A DNA stretch of 64,000 nucleotides, from assembly GCA_963781585.1 (NCBI GenBank), contig CAWAGQ010000010.1, forward strand, positions 192,001 through 256,000, given 5' to 3'. The notes under the pieces are model-generated. The model worked only from the letters and a program-made list of their open reading frames with translations. It was not told the origin of the DNA and did no database searches. Each line of letters begins with the position of its first letter. Position 1 is the first letter of the stretch. Shown piece by piece: positions 8,533-16,292 of this stretch. Position numbers and translations under genes: made by a program. Source of the stretch: an uncultured Gemmatimonadaceae bacterium (lineage in GTDB: Bacteria; Gemmatimonadota; Gemmatimonadetes; Gemmatimonadales; Gemmatimonadaceae).

Positions 8533-11097
8533 TTGCCGCGAGGACCGAAGGTCAGTGATCCCGACGTGCGAACGCCTGTCCCGTCAAGCTACTCCCTCTC
8601 CAGCGTGAGCGCCGATCTCTCTCCGGATCGGCGCCGGTTGGCGCTGCCCGCCCGAGGAGTGCTCGCGGTCCTGGGGTCCTGGACGGTGTACGGCCTCGTC
8701 CACGCCGCATTCTGGCTGGCAACGGGTCGGTCGCGTGTTGGCGGAGTGGGGGGAATGTCGCTCCACGACTGGCCCCGCGTGGTTGCTGCGGCGCTCGTGC
8801 TCGCCTGGTCCTGGGCGCTACTGACCCCCGGCATTTTCCGACTCACCAGGGCTATCTCGCCCGCCAGGGTCGGCTGGCTCTCGTCGGTCGTCGGGCATGC
8901 GACGGTCGTGGCGGTCCTCACGCTGTCGATGACCGCGCTGCGATTGTGGCTCGTGCGCGTGCTGATCGGAGCCCAACCAGGTCCGTTTCTCCAGATGGTG
9001 ATCTTCTGGGTCGACGTGAACCTGTTCACGTACCTCGCGGTGGTGCTCACCGGCAGCGCCCTGCAGTCGCACCGGCGCTTTGTCGATCGCGCGCTTCGGG
9101 CGCACGTGTTGGAGGCACAGCTCGCGCGGGCACAACTTCACTACCTGGAACTGCAGCTGCAGCCGCACTTCCTGTTCAATTCCCTGAACGCGATCCAGGA
9201 GCTGGCGCACGAGGCGCCCGATGCGGCCGAGCAGATGCTTCGGCGCCTGCACGTCCTCCTGGCGCTGTCGCTGGAGCGGAGCGGGCGTGACGAGGTGTCG
9301 CTGCGCGACGAGCTGGCGGCGCTCGAGCCGTACCTGGACATTCAGCGCGCGCGGTTCGACTGGCTTACCGTAGCGGTCCAGACCGATCCGGACTCGCGCG
9401 GAGCGCTGGTGCCCCATCTCATTCTCCAGCCGCTCATCGAGAATGCCATCCGACACGGCCTGGCGGTGCGCCGCGGCCCCGGTCGCATCTGGATCAAGGC
9501 GGGTCGGCACGGAGACCGCCTCCGGCTGGAGGTGCGGGACGACGGGGTCGGATTGCCACTGGCCACGGCCCGGCTGCGTTCGGGGATCGGGCTGCGGAAT
9601 GCCGGCGAGCGGCTCCGGCAGCTTTACGGCTCGGAACACCGGTTCGTGCTGCGCAACGCGCCGGAGGGCGGAGTATCGGTGGAGATCGACGTGCCGTTCC
9701 GGCCCGCCCCTGCGTCGGTCACCCCGGCTTCGTGGGACGCTCTCGGCCGGTCGCGCGAGACCATCCCCGAAGTGGCGGTCGATGAGGTGGCTTCCTGGCG
9801 CACAGGCGAGTTCGTCGCGTCGATCGCGGCGCGTAACGATCGATTGTCGTCGCTCGCCGCGTTTCCGCTGGTCGAAAGGGCCGGCGCGCGAGTCCCGCCG
9901 GACGGTGGTCGGTCGCCCGGTGAGCAACCGGCCGGCGATCGACGCGCCGACTTCGCCGCGGGCGCCGGCGCGCATCCAGCCGATTCCGGCCGGGACGATG
10001 CGGCAGGCGACGACGTGCGCGTGGATGGCGCGTCGACGGTCTCGCTGCGCACGTGGTTCGCGCTGGTCGGACTGTGGCTTGGGGCGGCCGCGCTCTGGAT
10101 CGCGCAGTTGCACATCTACTGGTGGCTCGAGGCGCCGGCGGTGGCGCGATTCGACTTGAACATCGTGAAGCTCGAGATCGCGGGAGCGATGTACTGGATG
10201 GCGGTGTCGGTGGGTGTGCTGTACCTGGCGCGCCGCTTCCGACTGACCGGGCGACGGCCGGTGGTGCATCTGGCGATCCATCTGACGGCGGCTGTGGGGT
10301 CGTCGATTGCCTTTCTCATGGTGCTCGGCGCGCTGCATCTGAGCACGGCCCCGATACTCAATCCCTTCAACATCAACCCGCTGTCCGGCAACTTCTTCGT
10401 CTACTTCGGGCTCCTGGCGTGGTCGCATTCGCGTGACTTCGTGGCGCGGTACCGGGCGCGCGAGCTCGCGGCGGCGGAGTTGACCTCGGAGATCGCGCGA
10501 TCGCGTTTCCAGGCACTGTGCGTTCAGGTGCGGCCACAGTTCCTGCTCGGCACGCTGGATCTGCTGGCGCGGCTGGTGCACGTGGACGTCCCCCGTGCCG
10601 ATCGACTCATCGCCCGGCTGGCCGATGTCCTGCGGCTCACGCTCGACATGGCGCGGGAGTCGATGACGACGCTGCAGGAGGAACTGCAGTTGCTGACTGT
10701 CACCGTCGAAGCGCACCACCTCGGCGTGCGGCCGGCGGTGACGCTGGAGACGACGATCGACCCCGCGGCGCTCACCACGGCCATGCCGAGCCGTCTTCTC
10801 TGCACCATGGCCGACGACCTGCTGGCCGCCGAGCCGGAGGGCGCGGCGGTACCGCTGGTGGTGCGGGTGCGCGCGGAGCGAACGGCCGATGCGACCCGCG
10901 TGCGCCTGCAGGGCGATGCGGCGTGGCGCACCGATAGCGCCGGCCTGCATACCTGGTGGAAGACGAAGAGCGCGGCCGAGGCGGCGGTGGCCGGTGCCGG
11001 TCCGCTGGTGACGGTAGCGCTTCCGGACCGCGCCACCGCGGTGCTCATCATTGCCGACCCGCTGTCGGCGACAGCGGCCGAACCGGCCGCTGCCTAA
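8533..11097 (+). CDS. LytS/YehU-type sensor histidine kinase with a duplicated, degenerate second module
   Basis: TM segments, H-box LQPHFLFNSLNAI, ATPase boxes LQPLIENAIRHG / DDGVG / GIGLRN; second TM block plus QVRPQFLLGTLDLL; start uncertain. Confidence 0.85.
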   Translation: MPRGPKVSDPDVRTPVPSSYSLSSVSADLSPDRRRLALPARGVLAVLGSWTVYGLVHAAFWLATGRSRVGGVGGMSLHDWPRVVAAALVLAWSWALLTPGIFRLTRAISPARVGWLSSVVGHATVVAVLTLSMTALRLWLVRVLIGAQPGPFLQMVIFWVDVNLFTYLAVVLTGSALQSHRRFVDRALRAHVLEAQLARAQLHYLELQLQPHFLFNSLNAIQELAHEAPDAAEQMLRRLHVLLALSLERSGRDEVSLRDELAALEPYLDIQRARFDWLTVAVQTDPDSRGALVPHLILQPLIENAIRHGLAVRRGPGRIWIKAGRHGDRLRLEVRDDGVGLPLATARLRSGIGLRNAGERLRQLYGSEHRFVLRNAPEGGVSVEIDVPFRPAPASVTPASWDALGRSRETIPEVAVDEVASWRTGEFVASIAARNDRLSSLAAFPLVERAGARVPPDGGRSPGEQPAGDRRADFAAGAGAHPADSGRDDAAGDDVRVDGASTVSLRTWFALVGLWLGAAALWIAQLHIYWWLEAPAVARFDLNIVKLEIAGAMYWMAVSVGVLYLARRFRLTGRRPVVHLAIHLTAAVGSSIAFLMVLGALHLSTAPILNPFNINPLSGNFFVYFGLLAWSHSRDFVARYRARELAAAELTSEIARSRFQALCVQVRPQFLLGTLDLLARLVHVDVPRADRLIARLADVLRLTLDMARESMTTLQEELQLLTVTVEAHHLGVRPAVTLETTIDPAALTTAMPSRLLCTMADDLLAAEPEGAAVPLVVRVRAERTADATRVRLQGDAAWRTDSAGLHTWWKTKSAAEAAVAGAGPLVTVALPDRATAVLIIADPLSATAAEPAAA

Positions 11098-11119
11098 CGA
11101 ATGACAGGAGGGCGTCCCG

Positions 11120-11959
11120 ATGCGCGTATTGATCGTTGACGACGAACCGATTGCCCGCCGGCGCATCCGCCGGCTGCTGAAGCTGGAGGAAGGCGTGGAC
11201 CTGGTGGACGAGGCAGGAAGCGGCAGCGACGCCGTTTCGGCCATCCGCGACATGCGTCCCGATCTGGTGTTTCTCGACGTCCAGATGCCCGACATGGACG
11301 GATTCGCGGTGGTGTCGAAGCTGAATGACGAGCTGATGCCGGCCATCGTATTCGTCACAGCCTATAACGAGTACGCGGTGCGCGCATTTGACGTGAACGC
11401 CATCGACTATATCCTCAAGCCATTCGACCCGGATCGCTTCCGCTCGGCGTTCGGACGGGCGCGCTCGCAGCTGGAGCAGAAGAGCTCGGCCGAAGCCGGG
11501 CGGCGGATCAAGGCGCTGCTGGCCGAGGTGCTGGGTGAGGAGCGGGCGGAGGCGGTGACGACCGCGACGGACAACGGCGCCGGCGTCCGCGAGAGCGTGG
11601 TTGCGGCGGCAACGCGGTCGCGCCTGCTCGACCGGTTGATGGTCAAGCACGATGGCCGGGTCTACTTCGTGAAGGTGGCGGACATCGACTGGTTCGAGGC
11701 ATCCGGCAACTATGTGCGCCTGCACGTCGGCCGGGTGTCGCATCTGATCCGGGAAACGATGCACGGCATCGAGGCGCAGCTCGATCCGAACGTGTTCGCG
11801 CGCATCCACCGTGCGGTGATCGTGAATCTCGACCGGATCCGCGAGCTGCAGCCGTGGTTCGCCGGCGACTACATCGTGATTCTGCGCGATGGGCGCCAAC
11901 TCAAGCTCAGCCGCACCTACCGCGAAGCGCTTCAGGCACGGATGCACCGGATCAACTGA
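11120..11959 (+). CDS. LytTR family DNA-binding response regulator
   Basis: RBS GGAGG; REC motifs IVDDE, FLDVQMP, VTAY, YILKP; LytTR motifs IDWFEASGNYV, FARIHRAVIVN, LSRTYR. Confidence 0.95.
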   Translation: MRVLIVDDEPIARRRIRRLLKLEEGVDLVDEAGSGSDAVSAIRDMRPDLVFLDVQMPDMDGFAVVSKLNDELMPAIVFVTAYNEYAVRAFDVNAIDYILKPFDPDRFRSAFGRARSQLEQKSSAEAGRRIKALLAEVLGEERAEAVTTATDNGAGVRESVVAAATRSRLLDRLMVKHDGRVYFVKVADIDWFEASGNYVRLHVGRVSHLIRETMHGIEAQLDPNVFARIHRAVIVNLDRIRELQPWFAGDYIVILRDGRQLKLSRTYREALQARMHRIN

Positions 11960-12042
11960 AGGGCCGTCGGGCGGGCTCGTATCAGGTCAGTGGGGTCAGC
12001 GGCGCCGACGCAGCTCGCATCGCGCGTGAGTCCCGGCGCCGC

Positions 12043-14586
12043 TCAGAGGGAGACGTGACGGAAGAAGACGCGCTTGGTGGCTTCCGATCCGGCCACGTAG
12101 AGCGCGACGATGCCGGTGATGAGGAGTCCCAGTCGGAGCGGGAGCGGGGTGAATCCAAGCGGCCCCGCCAGCGGCGAATACGGCAGCAACAGCGTGAACA
12201 CCGCCACCCCCACGCTGCCGAAGAGAAGGGCCGTACCCGGCCGGCTGCGCAGGAACGAGCGCCGGGTGCGGATCACCAGCAGGATGAACAGCTCGGATAA
12301 CACCGATTCCAGGAACCACGCCGTGCGAAACGTTGTCGCCTGAACGCCTAACGCCAGGAGCGTGCCGAAGGTGAGGTAGTCGAACAGCGAGCTCACCAGC
12401 CCGAACGTGAGCATGAACCGGCGAATGCTCCTGGTGTCCCACCGGCGCGGCCGCTGCACCTGCTCGGCATCGAGCCGGTCGGTGGCGATGGCCATCGCCG
12501 GCAGGTCGGTGAGCACATTGATCAGCAGTATCTGCTCGGGCAGCAGGGGCAGGAACGCCGCGAACAGCGACGCCCCGGCCATGCTGAACATGTTGCCGAA
12601 GTTGGCGCTGGTGGTGATGAAGACGTACTTGAGCGTGTTGCCGAACGCCTGGCGCCCCTCGCGCACCCCGTGCCCCAATACCGCCAGATCCTTCTCCAGC
12701 AGCACGATGTCGGCGGCCTGCCGGGTGACGTCGGATGCCGAATCCACACTGATGCCCACGTCCGCGGCGTGCAGCGCCGACGCGTCGTTGATCCCGTCCC
12801 CCAGGAACCCCACCGCGTGCCCCGCGCGCTTCAGCGCCAGGATGATCCGCTCCTTCTGGTTGGGCTCCACTTCGGCGAACACCGTCGTGCGCGACGCCGC
12901 GCCAAGGAGCGCGGCGTCGGTCATGTCCCGCAGATCGCTGCCGGTCAGGACCTCGCCCACCGGCAGCCCCGCCTCGCCCGCGGCCCGGGCGGCCACCAGA
13001 CGATGATCCCCGGTGATCAGCTTGACCGTGATGCCTAACGCCGACAGCTCGTCCAGCGCGGCGCGGGCGTCGCTCTTGATCGGATCGCTCAGCACCAGCA
13101 GCCCGACCAGGGTGAGTCCCCGCTCGTCGTCGCGGCCCACCGGCGCGATGCCCTCGACCGTGCGGCAGGCGACGCCCAGGCACCGGTGGCCCTCGGCGCA
13201 GAGACGCGCGAATCGCGCGTCGATGGCTGCTCGCACCGTGGACAGGGGAAACGTGCGCCCGGCGGCGTCCTCGGCGCGCTCGCAGACATCGAGCACATTC
13301 GGCAGCGCCCCCTTGGTGATCAGCAGCCGTTCGCCACGCCCTTCGACCGCGACGCTCAATCGCTTCCGCACGAAATCGTAGGGCACCTCGTCGACCTTCG
13401 TGTAGTCCGCCGCACCGTCGGCCACGGTGGCCCGCAGGGCGTCGTCCACTGGATTCCGGAACCCCGTTTCCAGCGCCGCGTTCAGATACGCCAGCAGCCG
13501 GGCACGCTCGCTGGGCGCGCCAGCGAAATCCTCCACCCCGCGAACCGCCACCACGCCCTCGGTGATCGTCCCGGTCTTGTCGGTGCAGAGGATCGACATG
13601 CCGCCGAGGTCCTCGATCGATGCCAGGCGCCGCACGATCACGCGGTGTCGCGACATCCGATGCGCGCCCTGGGCCAGCGTCACGCTCACAATGGCGGGGA
13701 GAAGCTGGGGCGTGAGACCGACGGCCAGCGCCAGCGTGAACAGCAGGGCGTCGAGCACCGGACGATGGAGCGCCACGTTGATCGCGAAGATGGTCACCAC
13801 CAGGACCGTCGCCACATCGAGCAGCAGGTATCCGAACCGCCTGATGCCCCGCTCGAATTCCGTCTCAGCGGGCCGACGCGCCAACCGCGCTGCGATCGCC
13901 CCGAACTCCGTGGAGCGGCCGGTCCGCACCACCAGCACCGTGGCGGTTCCGCTCACCACGTGGGTGCCCTGGAACAGGGAGTTGGTGCGATCGGCGAGCG
14001 CCGCGGCAGCGGGCGCGTCACCAGTCATCTTCTCCGCGGGGAAGGATTCCCCGGTGAGCGCCGCCTGGTCGGCGAACAGGTCCCTGGCGGTCACGATCCG
14101 GGCGTCGCCCGGCACACTCGAACCGGCGGTCAGGAGGACGAGGTCGCCGGGGACCACCTGGTCCACCGGGATTTCCCGCTCCGCACCCCCGCGCACTACC
14201 GTGGTCGTGGTGCGGATCAGAGCCAGGAGTTTTTCCACCGCGTCACCGGCGCGGCGTTCCTGCCAGAACCCGAGCAATCCGCTCACCACGATGATCGCAA
14301 CGATCGTCAGGCCATCGGTGGTTTCGCCCACGGCGATCGAGAGCAGGGCGGCGGCAAGCAGGAGCAGGGTTATCGGGCTCGCGAACTGGCCGGCGAGAAG
14401 CCTGACGAGGCCGCGATGGCGGACCGGCGCCGCCACATTCGGCCCGTGCAGGTCGAGGCGCCGCGCGGCCTCGTCGACGTCGAGTCCTGACGGAGAGGAG
14501 CCCAGGCGCTGGAACAGGCCGGGAAGTGGCTCGCTCCAGAACGGCGACCGGCTGTCGTCAGGCGGCGTGGCGGCGGAATCGGTCAC
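12043..14586 (-). CDS. mgtA: Magnesium-translocating P-type ATPase
   Basis: LTGES, AVGLTPQLLP, DKTGT phosphorylation motif, PYDFVRKR, TGD, GDGINDA, SANFGNMFS typical of MgtA. Confidence 0.9.
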   Translation of the reverse strand: MTDSAATPPDDSRSPFWSEPLPGLFQRLGSSPSGLDVDEAARRLDLHGPNVAAPVRHRGLVRLLAGQFASPITLLLLAAALLSIAVGETTDGLTIVAIIVVSGLLGFWQERRAGDAVEKLLALIRTTTTVVRGGAEREIPVDQVVPGDLVLLTAGSSVPGDARIVTARDLFADQAALTGESFPAEKMTGDAPAAAALADRTNSLFQGTHVVSGTATVLVVRTGRSTEFGAIAARLARRPAETEFERGIRRFGYLLLDVATVLVVTIFAINVALHRPVLDALLFTLALAVGLTPQLLPAIVSVTLAQGAHRMSRHRVIVRRLASIEDLGGMSILCTDKTGTITEGVVAVRGVEDFAGAPSERARLLAYLNAALETGFRNPVDDALRATVADGAADYTKVDEVPYDFVRKRLSVAVEGRGERLLITKGALPNVLDVCERAEDAAGRTFPLSTVRAAIDARFARLCAEGHRCLGVACRTVEGIAPVGRDDERGLTLVGLLVLSDPIKSDARAALDELSALGITVKLITGDHRLVAARAAGEAGLPVGEVLTGSDLRDMTDAALLGAASRTTVFAEVEPNQKERIILALKRAGHAVGFLGDGINDASALHAADVGISVDSASDVTRQAADIVLLEKDLAVLGHGVREGRQAFGNTLKYVFITTSANFGNMFSMAGASLFAAFLPLLPEQILLINVLTDLPAMAIATDRLDAEQVQRPRRWDTRSIRRFMLTFGLVSSLFDYLTFGTLLALGVQATTFRTAWFLESVLSELFILLVIRTRRSFLRSRPGTALLFGSVGVAVFTLLLPYSPLAGPLGFTPLPLRLGLLITGIVALYVAGSEATKRVFFRHVSL

Positions 14587-14727
14587 CAGGAAAGAATTCC
14601 GCCGGGGAAGTCCAAACGCCAGAGCGGGAACTGTGCAGGCGCGTCATGGGGCCCGCCGGCGAAACGCAACGCCCCGGGACGCCGTATTGTGCCTGTGACA
14701 GATGACCTTCCGATGGAGACTCACGCG

Positions 14728-15069
14728 ATGTCACTCATTCGCTTCCTGCTCTTCTCGTTCCTCGCATTGTTCGTACTGCTTCCGCTCGCGGGCATCCTCG
14801 CGATTGTTGGACTGCCCCTGATCATCGTGCTGGCGGTGGTCGGCCTGCCGGTGCTCGGACTGCTGCTGCTGGTCGGGCTGCCGATCGTGGCGGTGCTGAT
14901 TCTGGTCGCGGTCGCGGTCGGGCTGGCGTTCGGGCTCCTTGGGGTGGTGGTGGGGCTGGGCATCGCCGCTCTGAAGATCGCGCTGTTCATCGCGCTGCCC
15001 ATCTACTTCATCGCCTGGCTGGTCGGCCGCGCGAGGACCGGCGGCCGACGCGCGGAACGCATCGGCTGA
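14728..15069 (+). CDS. Small, highly hydrophobic membrane protein
   Basis: GGAG RBS before ATG 14728; nearly uninterrupted hydrophobic sequence with repeated VGLP motif. Confidence 0.7.
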   Translation: MSLIRFLLFSFLALFVLLPLAGILAIVGLPLIIVLAVVGLPVLGLLLLVGLPIVAVLILVAVAVGLAFGLLGVVVGLGIAALKIALFIALPIYFIAWLVGRARTGGRRAERIG

Positions 15070-15201
15070 CAATCGCCGCGAGCCCGCGTTCGCGAGCCCG
15101 GGGAGCCGCGTGAGGCATCTCCCGTCTCGCCTGTAGGCAGGTTCCCCGTGAAGCACCGAGGACTCCCCGACTTCACCGGGGACGCCGCCGGCCGACCTTC
15201 A

Positions 15202-15227
15202 GATCACTGATTGGGCATACAGTGATC
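15202..15227. promoter_or_regulatory. Inverted repeat GATCACTG-N10-CAGTGATC upstream of osmC-arsR (candidate operator)
   Basis: Perfect 8-bp arms read directly from the sequence; function inferred from position. Confidence 0.35.
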
Positions 15228-15357
15228 CGGGACGGACGCCGGCGGCCACGACCGCTGCCCGCTGACAGCCGATAGCTGCTGTGTCATGGCTGCAAGCTGA
15301 CCGCCCGCGCCTTCCCGGTTCCAATTGTGGGAACCTCTTCACCTGAGCGGGAAACCC

Positions 15358-15810
15358 ATGGCGCAGCAGAATGAGCACCTGCCGATTGTCGTCACTCATG
15401 AGGGTGGCGTGAAGTTCGCGGCCAAAGTGCGGTCGCATGTGGTGGTGGTGGATCAGCCGGTCTACGGCGGCGGCGAAGATGCGGGGCCGATGCCGATCGA
15501 GCTGCTCGGCGTGTCGTTAGGCACATGTGTCGCGCTGTACGTGCAGCAGTTCTGCCATACCCGGGGACTGCCCACCGATGGAATGCGGGTGGAGGTGGGC
15601 CAGCTGGGAGCACGAAATCCGAACCGGGTCGGCGTCTTCGCGGTGAAGGTCGTGCTGCCGGTCGCGGTCCCGCCGCAATACGCGGAGATGCTGGAGCGTG
15701 CGGCACGCAGCTGTCCCGCCCACAATACACTCGAACACCCGGCCCGCGTGGACCTGACCATCGAGACGGCGGACAGCGACGCCGGGGCCGCGGTCATGGC
15801 GTCCGGCTAG
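15358..15810 (+). CDS. OsmC/Ohr family protein
   Basis: DQP..GGEDAGPMPIELL..SLGTC and RSCPAHNTL, the two conserved Cys of the OsmC family. Confidence 0.9.
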   Translation: MAQQNEHLPIVVTHEGGVKFAAKVRSHVVVVDQPVYGGGEDAGPMPIELLGVSLGTCVALYVQQFCHTRGLPTDGMRVEVGQLGARNPNRVGVFAVKVVLPVAVPPQYAEMLERAARSCPAHNTLEHPARVDLTIETADSDAGAAVMASG

Positions 15811-15849
15811 ACGCCGCGAAGCCGCAGCCTCCTCGAGACGGGCCTTCCG

Positions 15850-16179
15850 ATGAAGACGACGTTGACACCCGAGCTGGTGACACTGGTGGCGGAGCGCCTG
15901 AGGACGCTCGGCGAACCGGCGCGTCTGCAGATCCTCAACGCGCTGCGGCCCGGTCACCGGACGGTTCGTGCCCTGCAGGACGCCACCGGACTCGGTCAGC
16001 CGAACGTGTCAAAACATCTCCGCCTGCTGCACTCCGCCGGGTTCGTCTCGCGCCGCAAGGCCGGCCTGTTCACCTACTATTCACTTGCCGACGAGCAGGT
16101 CTTCCAGATCTGCGATCTGGTGTGTGACCGATTGGAAGCCGAACTGGCGGCTCGGAGCAGAGTGCTCGAACGAGGATGA
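15850..16179 (+). CDS. ArsR/SmtB family transcriptional regulator
   Basis: LGEPARLQIL, QPNVSKHLRLL, V.RRK.G...YYSLAD, ICDLVC. Confidence 0.92.
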   Translation: MKTTLTPELVTLVAERLRTLGEPARLQILNALRPGHRTVRALQDATGLGQPNVSKHLRLLHSAGFVSRRKAGLFTYYSLADEQVFQICDLVCDRLEAELAARSRVLERG

Positions 16180-16246
16180 ATCCGATCCGCTGGCCGCGCC
16201 GGCGAGGGGCCCGGTAGCACCGAGCGAGAATCCGCGAGCCCGGCGC

Positions 16247-16291
16247 TCGCCAGGCTCCGGGAGCGATCGACCATCACATGGCGAAGCAGCA
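16247..16291. repeat. 45-nt dispersed palindromic repeat, copy 1
   Basis: tcgccaggctccgggagcgatcgaccatcacatggcgaagcagca; 42/45 identical to 23758-23802. Confidence 0.85.
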
Positions 16292-16292
16292 A

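Noticed and set aside
8818..11358. 846-aa antisense ORF and similar long shadows (5102-6649, 17859-20129, 58624-60882)
   Set aside because: They lie opposite well-supported genes and show no motifs; long antisense ORFs are expected at this GC content.
15103..15145. Group II intron domain V-like GAGCCG...GGTTC
   Set aside because: Longer than the usual ~34 nt, lacks a GNRA loop, and no other intron domains or reverse transcriptase are nearby.
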